DNA from: Terrimicrobiaceae bacterium
Lineage (GTDB): Bacteria; Verrucomicrobiota; Verrucomicrobiia; Chthoniobacterales; Terrimicrobiaceae
Length of the DNA: 64,000 nt
Reading direction: 5' to 3'
Assembly (NCBI GenBank): GCA_041752695.1
Contig: JBGSVZ010000009.1
Span: forward strand, 1-64,000
The position numbers and the translations under genes were made by a program. Numbering within the stretch: position 1 is the first letter of the stretch; the number at the start of each line of letters is the position of its first letter. Positions 9,755 through 18,052 of the stretch are shown piece after piece. The notes below the pieces were generated by a model. It had not been told where the DNA came from, did no database searches, and saw only the letters and a list, made by a program, of their open reading frames with translations.

Positions 9755-9767
9755 GGCGGAGGAGTTA

Positions 9768-9850
9768 GACACGAATTACACGAATTTCCACGAATTTAAG
9801 GACGAAAAACGACCGGCTTCACTTTCGTGCAAATTCGTGGATTTCGTGTC
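9768..9850. repeat. Palindromic element of CACGAAT units
   Basis: GACACGAATTACACGAATTTCCACGAATT ... TTCGTGCAAATTCGTGGATTTCGTGTC. Confidence 0.75.
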
Positions 9851-9868
9851 TCGCTTCTTTCTGCGATT

Positions 9869-10459
9869 TTACTTCGCCTCGCTGCGCGGGACGATTTTCA
9901 CGCTCTTGATTTCCACGCGTTCGGTCGGCTTGCTGGGCTCGCCGTTGCGCGCCATCACAACCGGGGTCGCGGCAATGGCGGCCAGAGTTTCCTCGCCGCC
10001 GATCACCTTGCCGAAGCCGGTGTATTGGTTGTCGAGGTGGGGCGCGGTGCCGAGCATGAGGAAAAACTGGCTGCCCGCGGAATTGGGATCCTGCGACCGT
10101 GCCATGGAGACCACGCCGCTGGTATGTTTGCGGTCGTTAAATTCGGCCGGGATCTTATACCCTGGATCGCCCGTGCCCCACATCGCTTCCTTGGAGGGGT
10201 CCTTGGTGAGAGGATCCCCGCCCTGGGCCATAAAACCGGCAATGATGCGGTGGAAGGCCGTGCCGTCGTAAAAACCGGACTTCGCCAGCTTTTTGAAATT
10301 TTCCACGGTCTTCGGGGCGACATCGGGCCAGAACTCGAGAACGAGCCTGCCTTTGGAGGTTTCGATAATCGCGACATCATCCGCGGGAGCGGCGTGGACT
10401 TCGGCCACAACCAGGGCCGCGGGCAGGAGAAAGGCAAGGAGGCAAAGGAGACGTTTCAT
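9869..10459 (-). CDS. Exported cyclophilin-type peptidyl-prolyl isomerase
   Basis: Signal peptide, then AP.TV.NF, FHRII.GFM.QGGDP, SMAR...[17 protein letters not shown]. Confidence 0.92.
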   Translation of the reverse strand: MKRLLCLLAFLLPAALVVAEVHAAPADDVAIIETSKGRLVLEFWPDVAPKTVENFKKLAKSGFYDGTAFHRIIAGFMAQGGDPLTKDPSKEAMWGTGDPGYKIPAEFNDRKHTSGVVSMARSQDPNSAGSQFFLMLGTAPHLDNQYTGFGKVIGGEETLAAIAATPVVMARNGEPSKPTERVEIKSVKIVPRSEAK

Positions 10460-10552
10460 CGCGAGGAATTTTCCACGACCACGCGCCGCTGTCACGTGAA
10501 CATTCGCTCGGCGCTTTACAACGGGCCGAGGAGGCGGAATGTTTGCCTCCTC

Positions 10553-11053
10553 ATGTCTGACATCCGCATTCTCCTGAAAACCGGCAAGGGCGACATCGAA
10601 GCCACCCTTTTCGCCAGCAAGGCTCCGATCACCGTGGCCAACTTCCTCAACCTCTCCCAACGGGGGTTCTACGACGGTCTCACCTTCCACCGTGTGATCC
10701 CCGACTTCATGATCCAGGGCGGCGATCCGGCCGGAACGGGCGGCGGCGGTCCCGGCTACACCTTCGAGGACGAAGTGAAAACCGGACTCAAACACGACAA
10801 ACCCGGCATCTTCTCCATGGCCAACCGCGGCCCCGCGACCAATGGCAGCCAGTTTTTCATCACCCATGTCCCGACGGCCTGGCTCGACGGCAAACACACC
10901 GTCTTCGGCGAGGTCACCAAGGGCCAGGACGTGGTCAATGCCATCAAGGGAGGCGACAAAATCGTCAAAATCGAAATCCTCGATTCGCCCAAGGATCTTT
11001 TTGAAGCCCAGGCCGCCAACTTGGCGAAGTGGGACAAAGCCCTCGACAAATAA
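10553..11053 (+). CDS. Cytoplasmic cyclophilin-type peptidyl-prolyl isomerase
   Basis: [42 protein letters not shown]. Confidence 0.95.
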   Translation: MSDIRILLKTGKGDIEATLFASKAPITVANFLNLSQRGFYDGLTFHRVIPDFMIQGGDPAGTGGGGPGYTFEDEVKTGLKHDKPGIFSMANRGPATNGSQFFITHVPTAWLDGKHTVFGEVTKGQDVVNAIKGGDKIVKIEILDSPKDLFEAQAANLAKWDKALDK

Positions 11054-11086
11054 CCGGCTCCCAGCGGGCAGCGTTACCGGCCAACT

Positions 11087-12367
11087 ATGAACTCACCAGC
11101 CCATCCTTCGAGCTCCCAATCCGATTGGGATGTGATTGTGATCGGCGGCGGACCGGCCGGGTCCACCGCCGCCACCACGCTGGCGAAGTCCGGCCGTAAG
11201 GTCCTGGTGCTGGAGAAGGAGAAGTTTCCCCGCTTCCACGTGGGCGAATCCCTTCTGCCGTATAACCGGCAGATTTTCGACGACCTCGGCGTCTGGCCGA
11301 AGCTGGAGTCCGCCGGATTCATGCCGAAACGCGGCGCGCAATTTTTGATGGGCAACGGCCACCAGAAGGTTCGGCTGGATTTCTCCAAAGGCGCCTTCAC
11401 CGCCTTCCCTCAGGCCATTCAGGTCGAGCGGTCCAAATTTGACAACATCCTCCTCACCCACTCGAAGGAGTCGGGAGCGGAGATCCGCGAACAAGCCCAG
11501 GTGCTCGATCACCGCGTGGAGCAGGACGGCGTCACCGTCCGCTACCGCACACCGGACGGCGGCGAGCAGGAGGCTGCGGCTCGGTTTCTGGTGGACGCCA
11601 GCGGACTGTCGAATCTCACCGCCAACAAAAGCTCGCTCCGCGAATATTATTCCGCCCACAAAAAAATCGCGATGTTCCGGCATTGGAAAGGGGTCGATAT
11701 GCCGAAGGGCGAGGAAAGTGGAGACATCCTGATTGTTCGTCGGGAAAACTCCTGGTTCTGGATGATCCCGCTCGAAGCCAACAAGGTGAGCATTGGCCTG
11801 GTGATGGACCGGGGGGAATTCCAAGCCTCCGGCAAAAAACCCGAGGAGGTTTATCTGGACGCCATCGCCACCACCCGGACGGTGAGCGAACGCTGCGCAG
11901 CCGCGTCCCCGATGTGCGACCTCAACGTGGTCTCGGATTTTTCCTATCGCAATGGGTCGCTGATTGCGCCGCGTGTCGTCCGGGTGGGCGACGCTTCGGG
12001 GTTTATCGATCCCATTTTTTCCAGCGGGGTGTTGCTGGCCATGACCAGTGGACAACAGGGCGCGCGGGTGGTCAACGACGCCCTCACGGCGGGCCAGGCC
12101 ATGACCCCGGCCATGCGCCACTACGAACGCGACACCCGGCGGCGGATCGGGCAATATTGGGAGTTCATCGAAAATTTTTACCGCCTGCACTTCGCGCAGA
12201 TCTTTTTCCAACCCGACAATCGCATCGGTCTGGTCTGTTCCATCAATGCGGTGTTGGCGGGCTGCACGAAGCTGCCGTTTGCCGTCTGGTGGAGGCTGCG
12301 GATCTTTTTCCTGCTGGTGCGCCTCAACAAGTGGATCCCGGTGACTCCGCGGATTCCCGTCGGTTGA
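11087..12367 (+). CDS. Flavin-dependent halogenase-like oxidoreductase
   Basis: GGGPAG, FPRFHVGESL, F..K.G (candidate catalytic Lys), WFWMIPL (WxWxIP), GDA.GFIDPIFSSGV. Confidence 0.85.
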   Translation: MNSPAHPSSSQSDWDVIVIGGGPAGSTAATTLAKSGRKVLVLEKEKFPRFHVGESLLPYNRQIFDDLGVWPKLESAGFMPKRGAQFLMGNGHQKVRLDFSKGAFTAFPQAIQVERSKFDNILLTHSKESGAEIREQAQVLDHRVEQDGVTVRYRTPDGGEQEAAARFLVDASGLSNLTANKSSLREYYSAHKKIAMFRHWKGVDMPKGEESGDILIVRRENSWFWMIPLEANKVSIGLVMDRGEFQASGKKPEEVYLDAIATTRTVSERCAAASPMCDLNVVSDFSYRNGSLIAPRVVRVGDASGFIDPIFSSGVLLAMTSGQQGARVVNDALTAGQAMTPAMRHYERDTRRRIGQYWEFIENFYRLHFAQIFFQPDNRIGLVCSINAVLAGCTKLPFAVWWRLRIFFLLVRLNKWIPVTPRIPVG

Positions 12368-12370
12368 GCG

Positions 12371-13807
12371 ATGAGCCGGACGACGCTTTTTTACATCGTC
12401 ACGATCCTCGTTGTTGGCGTGGGAATCACCGCGATTCTCCATTTCGGCAACCAGCACCTGGTGCCCGCGGGGGCTCCGGCCCACGTTCCCGCCGTCGCGA
12501 CCAGTCATTCGCCGATGGCGGACATGGCCTCCAATGTTCAGAAACACCTGAACCAACCCCTCGCCCACCTCTTCCTGCAATTGCTCGTCATCATTCTCAT
12601 CTCGCGGATAACCGGCAAAATCTTCACGAAATTCGGGCAGCCCGCCGTGGTCGGGGAAATGGCGGCGGGGATTCTGCTCGGGCCGTCCCTTTTCGGACTG
12701 GTCGCGCCGGACGCGTTTGCCTTTGTTTTTCCCAAAGATTCGCTCGGGGCGCTGAAGCTCTTCAGTCAGATCGGCGTCTGCCTGTTCATGTTCAACGTGG
12801 GTATGGAAGTCGACATGCGCCAGGTCCGGACCAAGGCGCGCGCGGCCGTGGTGGTGAGTCACGCCAGCATCGTGATTCCGTATTTTCTGGGGGTGGCGCT
12901 CGCGTGGTTTCTCTACACCGAACTGGCGCAGCCGGGCGCGAGTTTCACGGCGTTTGCCCTGTTCATGGGGATTTCCATGAGCATCACGGCCTTCCCGGTT
13001 CTGGCGCGCATCCTGCAGGAACGCGGACTCTCAAAAACCACCCTGGGCGTCACCGCCATCACTTGCGCGGCGGTGGATGATGTCACCGCCTGGAGCTTGA
13101 TGGCGTTTGTGGTCGCGATTGTCGCTGCAACCAGTTTGGGCGCAGCGGCGTTAAACCTAGTGTTCGTGCTCGCATTCATAATCATCATGATTTTTCTCGT
13201 CCGACCCGTATTGCCGCGCGTGCTGGGCACCGCCAATCTGGAGCGCGACGAACCCAGCCGCGGCTCCCTGGCGACCTGCGTGTGTGTGGTGATCGCGGCA
13301 GCGCTCGTGACGGAGCTGATTGGCATCCATGCCTTGTTCGGCGCGTTCCTGGCGGGGGCCATCATGCCGTCACTCGGAGGCTTCCGCCACAAGTTGAGCG
13401 TGCGGGTCGAGCACTTCAGCTCGGTTTTGCTGTTGCCCCTGTTTTTTGCCTACACCGGTCTGCGCACGCAAATCGGTCTGCTCAACGACCTGGAAAGCTG
13501 GCTGATTTGCGTGGCTATCATCGCCGTGGCCACCCTCGGAAAACTGGGCGGAAGTGCCCTAGCCGCCCGCACCACCGGGATGCCTTGGAGCGAGTCGCTG
13601 CAGTTGGGCGCGCTGATGAACACCCGGGGCCTGATGGAACTTATCGCCCTGAACATCGGTTACGACCTCGGAATTCTCTCGCCCCAGATCTTTGCCATGC
13701 TCGTCATTATGGCGCTGGCCACCACCATGCTCACCGGCCCGCTTCTCACTTTTTTCACCCGCCGCGCATCCGCTCCCGCGAGCCTGCCCGTTCCTTCCCT
13801 GACCTGA
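12371..13807 (+). CDS. Cation:proton antiporter (CPA2/KefB-like)
   Basis: GQPAVVGEM.AGILLGPS, SITAFPVLARIL, AAVDDV.AW, LMNTRGLMEL; many TM helices. Confidence 0.92.
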   Translation: MSRTTLFYIVTILVVGVGITAILHFGNQHLVPAGAPAHVPAVATSHSPMADMASNVQKHLNQPLAHLFLQLLVIILISRITGKIFTKFGQPAVVGEMAAGILLGPSLFGLVAPDAFAFVFPKDSLGALKLFSQIGVCLFMFNVGMEVDMRQVRTKARAAVVVSHASIVIPYFLGVALAWFLYTELAQPGASFTAFALFMGISMSITAFPVLARILQERGLSKTTLGVTAITCAAVDDVTAWSLMAFVVAIVAATSLGAAALNLVFVLAFIIIMIFLVRPVLPRVLGTANLERDEPSRGSLATCVCVVIAAALVTELIGIHALFGAFLAGAIMPSLGGFRHKLSVRVEHFSSVLLLPLFFAYTGLRTQIGLLNDLESWLICVAIIAVATLGKLGGSALAARTTGMPWSESLQLGALMNTRGLMELIALNIGYDLGILSPQIFAMLVIMALATTMLTGPLLTFFTRRASAPASLPVPSLT

Positions 13808-13810
13808 GTT

Positions 13811-15412
13811 ATGACTTCCAAAACTGACTACGACGTAATCGTGATGGGCGGCGCGCTTTCCGGCGCCGCCACCGCCACCCTCTTGATGCGGCAGAACCCG
13901 GGAATCCGCGTCCTGATCCTAGAAAAAAACATCCGCCTCACCCGTCGGGTCGGCGAAGCCACGGTGGAGGTCAGCGCCTATTTCATGGGACACGTACTGG
14001 GTCTTACGCAGTACCTCAACGAACATCACCTGTGCAAACAGGGCCTGCGTTTCTGGTTCACCAACAAGGACGTCGCCAACCTGTCCGAAGCCAGCGAACT
14101 CGGTTCGAAGTATCAGGTGAAACTCCCTTCCTACCAACTGGACCGCTCGACGTTCGACGAGGAGGTCCTGCGCCGCGCCGTGCTGGCGGGAGCCACCTTG
14201 GTGCGGCCCGTCTCCATCACCGACGTGGATCTGGAAGAGGGCGGCACGCAGACCGTGACCTATCGCCAGTATGGGGAAAGCAAGACCGCCACCTGCCGCT
14301 GGGTGGTGGACGCTTCGGGGATCTCGGCGCTGATTTCCCGCAAACAAGGCTTCTGGCGGCAAAACACCGAACACCCGACCACGGCCGTCTGGTCCCGTTG
14401 GAAAGGGATCAAGGATTGGGACGGTTACGAACTCGAACAGAAATACCCCGAGTGGGCCCGAGCGCTCCATTGTGTGCGCGGCACCGCGACCAACCACATC
14501 ATCGGCGACGGCTGGTGGAGTTGGTGGATCCCGCTCAAGGGCGGGGACATGAGCGTGGGAATCGTTTTTGACCAGCGGTTGGTGGAATTCCCCAGCGAGG
14601 GCGGCAAGGTGGGCGAGCGGCTCAAAGCGTTTTTGATGAAACACCCTGTGGCCCGGGAACTTCTGGCCGACGCCGAATACGAGGAGGGCGACGTGCATTT
14701 GCGGAAAAACCTCGCCTACTACAGCACCCAGTTTTCCGGTGACGGATTTGTCCTAGTGGGCGACGCGGCCGCGTTCATGGATCCCTTCTACAGCCCCGGG
14801 ATGGACTGGATTTCCTACACCACCAGCAGCGCGGCCAACCTCATCACCCAGGCGCTGCGTGGCGAAGCCCTGCCCGAACTCCTCAAGGCGCATAACACGG
14901 CTTTTTCCGTCAGCCACCGTTCGTGGTTCCAGGCGCTCTACAAGGACAAATACGAATACATGGGCGAGTTCGACCTGATGGATCTCGCGTTCCGCCTCGA
15001 CCTCGGACTCTACTACTGGGGCGTGGCCTGCCACCCCTTCCAGCAAGGCCCAAAGGCGCTGCTCAAGCCCCCCTTTGCCCCACCCGATGGACGCACCGTG
15101 TTCAACCTCATGAATACGTATAACCGTCGGTTCGCCCAGATCGCCCGCCGCCGCCGGCGCGAAGGAGAGTTGGGGAAAACCAACCGCAACCGCCGCAGCC
15201 TCATCCGGGGTTTCCTCATCGAGAAAGAAGACGCCCTTCAGCTCCCGGGGATCCTCTGGGAATGGGCCAAGCTCGAACTGCGTGAAGGCTGGCGCAGTTG
15301 GTGGGAGACCACCGACGACGTGAAGGCCTCGCACCTGTCGCCTGCGGCCAAGCCCACCGTTCCGGTTCCGCAGGTTCCGGAACCGCGGGAAGCGGAGCCG
15401 GTGTTGGGATGA
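13811..15412 (+). CDS. Second, longer flavin-dependent halogenase-like oxidoreductase
   Basis: GGALSG, VGEATVE, HLCKQGLRFWF, YQLDR..FDE, WSWWIPL, GDAAAFMDPFYSPG. Confidence 0.82.
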   Translation: MTSKTDYDVIVMGGALSGAATATLLMRQNPGIRVLILEKNIRLTRRVGEATVEVSAYFMGHVLGLTQYLNEHHLCKQGLRFWFTNKDVANLSEASELGSKYQVKLPSYQLDRSTFDEEVLRRAVLAGATLVRPVSITDVDLEEGGTQTVTYRQYGESKTATCRWVVDASGISALISRKQGFWRQNTEHPTTAVWSRWKGIKDWDGYELEQKYPEWARALHCVRGTATNHIIGDGWWSWWIPLKGGDMSVGIVFDQRLVEFPSEGGKVGERLKAFLMKHPVARELLADAEYEEGDVHLRKNLAYYSTQFSGDGFVLVGDAAAFMDPFYSPGMDWISYTTSSAANLITQALRGEALPELLKAHNTAFSVSHRSWFQALYKDKYEYMGEFDLMDLAFRLDLGLYYWGVACHPFQQGPKALLKPPFAPPDGRTVFNLMNTYNRRFAQIARRRRREGELGKTNRNRRSLIRGFLIEKEDALQLPGILWEWAKLELREGWRSWWETTDDVKASHLSPAAKPTVPVPQVPEPREAEPVLG

Positions 15413-15450
15413 GGAGCGGACTGGCCGAAAATTGACTGGCCGGGCGAAAA

Positions 15451-15476
15451 GCAGCGGTGGCTGCCTCGCATGGATT
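15451..15476 (-). repeat. Duplicate of the tRNA-Gln 3' end (att-like direct repeat)
   Basis: GCAGCGGTGGCTGCCTCGCATGGATT matches 15527-15552 at 25 of 26 positions. Confidence 0.85.
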
Positions 15477-15533
15477 GCCTGCCTGCGGCGGGCTTTCCGA
15501 GTATGCCCTTCGGGAAAAAGGGAACGGCAGCAG

Positions 15534-15607
15534 TGGCTGCCTCGCATGGATTCGAACCATGACAAACAGATCCAGAATCTGCAGTGCTACCGTTACACCA
15601 CGAGGCA
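15534..15607 (-). tRNA. tRNA-Gln (CTG)
   Basis: TGCCTCGTGGTGTAACGGTAGCACTGCAGATTCTGGATCTGTTTGTCATGGTTCGAATCCATGCGAGGCAGCCA. Confidence 0.95.
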
Positions 15608-15664
15608 AAAGGGAGGGTTACTTTTACACAAGTTGGCCGGGGTGCAATGTAAATCTGCCACCTG

Positions 15665-16723
15665 TCACAACAGCGTTTTTGGAAGAAGGGGCTGGAGTTT
15701 TTTGATGTCTTGCACGGCGTCGCGGTGACAGACGAGCAGGGCGTCGGCGGTTTCCACCACCACGAGGTTTTCCACTCCGCAGAGGGCAATCAGCCGGCCG
15801 TTGCTGAGGACAACGTTGTTGCTCGACTCGTGCTGCACCACCTCGCCGCGCACAGTGTTTCCATCGTCGTCGTGGCCAAGGTGCTCGGGCAGGGCGGTCC
15901 AGGATCCCACATCATCCCAGTCGAACTGCGCCCGGATGGCCTGAACTTCCGACGCCTGTTCCATCACCGCGTAGTCCACGGAGATTTTCGGCAAGGCGGA
16001 AAACCGCTCGCCCAGATAGGCCGCCGGGTCGCCCGCGGGAAAATCTTCGATGAATTTCCCCAACGCGGGAACGAGCCGCTCCGCCTCGCGCTGAAAAACC
16101 TCCGCCCGCCAGAGAAACATGCCCGCATTCCAGGCATATTGCCCACTGCGCAGATAGGTATTGGCGGTGGGCAGGTCGGGTTTTTCCACAAACCGCAAGA
16201 CGCGGCAGGCGCCACCGATATCGTCGCCGAGGTGCAGGTATCCGAACCCCGTGGCGGGATAGGTGGGCGAGATGGCAAAGAGCACCAGGGCATCCCGCTC
16301 GGCCGCCGCGGCCGCCGCTCCGGCAAGCTGACGTTGAAACATCGCGATGTTATGAATCATGGCGTCCGCCGGCAACAGCGCACAGACCGCCTGAGGGTCT
16401 CGCGCACGGGCGAATCCCGTCGCCAGTGCACAGGCCGGAGCGGTGTCGCGTTTCTCGGGCTCAGCCAGGACGTTTTCGGCCGGCAGAAAAGGAAGCTCCG
16501 CTCGCACGGCGTCCGCCTGGGCGGCGTTGGTCAAAACGAAAACCCGCTCCCACGGCACGAGCCCCTCCAACCGACGGGCGGTCATTTCAATCAGCGTGCG
16601 ATCGCTGAGGAGGCGGAGGAGGTGTTTCGGCGTCTTTGCGCGACTGAGCGGCCAGAAGCGCTCACCGCTGCCCCCGGCCATGATGAAGACGTGAAGATGA
16701 TCGGAGGGCGAGGGGCTCGTCAT
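15665..16723 (-). CDS. Mannose-1-phosphate guanylyltransferase
   Basis: IMAGGSGERFWPLSR...PK, EP..RDTAPA, FVEKPD, WNAGMF, ISVDYAVME, WDDVGSW. Confidence 0.93.
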   Translation of the reverse strand: MTSPSPSDHLHVFIMAGGSGERFWPLSRAKTPKHLLRLLSDRTLIEMTARRLEGLVPWERVFVLTNAAQADAVRAELPFLPAENVLAEPEKRDTAPACALATGFARARDPQAVCALLPADAMIHNIAMFQRQLAGAAAAAAERDALVLFAISPTYPATGFGYLHLGDDIGGACRVLRFVEKPDLPTANTYLRSGQYAWNAGMFLWRAEVFQREAERLVPALGKFIEDFPAGDPAAYLGERFSALPKISVDYAVMEQASEVQAIRAQFDWDDVGSWTALPEHLGHDDDGNTVRGEVVQHESSNNVVLSNGRLIALCGVENLVVVETADALLVCHRDAVQDIKKLQPLLPKTLL

Positions 16724-16798
16724 ACGTAATAAGATGCCACAATAAAAGGACCCGGCAAAGCGCAAAGCCTCGGCACGACGCCGAGGCCGCCGACACAT

Positions 16799-18052
16799 CT
16801 ATACCAGCCCGACCGGCTTGAACGCATGTCCGGGCAGGACGGTTTTCAAGGCCTGATTGCCGAGATGATCACCAACGACTTCGCCAAGCACGTCGCGGAA
16901 GTCGGTGGTGTGGAGAAGGTCGCGGCCCTGGTGGAGTTGCTCTTTAGCCAGTCCCGGCCATTTGCTCAGGACGGGTTGAGGGGCTTTGGAAGAAATCGCG
17001 CCAAGGGCGAGCATGCAGTTGGCCCAGCCATGGTCGGTGCCACCAGTGCCGTTTTCCGCGGCGGTGCGGCCGAAGTCACTGATCGTGAGGAGGAGGGTGT
17101 CTTTCATGCGCTCGCCCATGTCCTGATGAAAGGCGGCCAGGCCATCGGCGAGGTTTTGCACGAGGTTGCCGTAGTTGCCGATCACCCCGCCCTGGTTCTG
17201 ATGCGTGTCCCAACCACCATAGTCGATCTCGATGACTTCCAGGCCGATGTTCGCCTTGATCAGGCGGGCGGCTTCGGCGAGCCGGCGGGAGAGTTCGTTT
17301 TTGGGATAAACCGCGCCCGGCTGATACTTCTCGCTGGCCGCTTTTTTGATGATGTCGATGCCATCGATCGTGGTGTGGGCCGTGTCCGAAAGCAGATCCT
17401 GTGCGGCAGCGCGGTGCTCGGGGAGTGGCGTGCAGTAGGCGTGCTCGAGAGCGGCGCGCATGGCAATTTCGTCGCCTTTGGCCACGGAGGGCAGACTGAG
17501 GTCGGCGATGCCGTGCAGAGCAAACGCGGAGGCCTTGCCGCGGAGAATGCGGGGTAGGTTATCTCCGATGGAAACCGCACGAACCGGACCGTATCCGGTC
17601 GAAGTCGCGAGATGACGGTTGAGCCACCCATCGGAGCTGATGGTGTTGCCGATGACTCCGGTTTCCCAAGTATCCTGCTCCTCAAAATGCGAGCGGGTGT
17701 TGAGATCGTAACCGACCGCATGGAGCGCGCGGGCCTGGCCTTCGGCAAAGAGGGGTTTCAGCGCGGCGGCGCGGGGATGGAGACCAAAAAATCCATCGAG
17801 GTCGAGCGCACCGTCCGGCTGGCCCGGGCTGGCGATGCGCAGATTTTTGCGCAGGCCGGCATAGGAGGCGTCGCCGTGGGGGACGATGAAATTCAGACCG
17901 TCCATGCCGCCGCGCAGGAAAATGACAACGAGAGTCTTGCCCTTGGCGACTGGCAGCGAATCGGCGGCGCTGAGCAGACGGCCCGGGGAGAATCCGCAAT
18001 AGAGTGCGAGGGCGCCGGTGGATTTGAGGAAGTAGCGGCGGGTGACATTCAT
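16799..18052 (-). CDS. DUF1501 domain protein with Tat signal
   Basis: TRRYFLK; LVVIFLRGG.DGL, RSHF, GGWDTH, SDFGRT..EN...GTDHG. Confidence 0.9.
   Translation of the reverse strand: MNVTRRYFLKSTGALALYCGFSPGRLLSAADSLPVAKGKTLVVIFLRGGMDGLNFIVPHGDASYAGLRKNLRIASPGQPDGALDLDGFFGLHPRAAALKPLFAEGQARALHAVGYDLNTRSHFEEQDTWETGVIGNTISSDGWLNRHLATSTGYGPVRAVSIGDNLPRILRGKASAFALHGIADLSLPSVAKGDEIAMRAALEHAYCTPLPEHRAAAQDLLSDTAHTTIDGIDIIKKAASEKYQPGAVYPKNELSRRLAEAARLIKANIGLEVIEIDYGGWDTHQNQGGVIGNYGNLVQNLADGLAAFHQDMGERMKDTLLLTISDFGRTAAENGTGGTDHGWANCMLALGAISSKAPQPVLSKWPGLAKEQLHQGRDLLHTTDFRDVLGEVVGDHLGNQALKTVLPGHAFKPVGLV

Noticed and set aside
9827..11053. 408-aa and 342-aa extended cyclophilin ORFs suggesting fully overlapping genes
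   Set aside because: The extensions are antisense read-through of the opposite cyclophilin; plausible starts are 10459 (minus) and 10553 (plus).
11093..12862. Long antisense ORFs (also 21840..23639, 47953..49785, 58807..60822 and many shorter ones)
   Set aside because: They mirror well-supported genes on the other strand and have no motifs; such shadow ORFs are expected in high-GC DNA.
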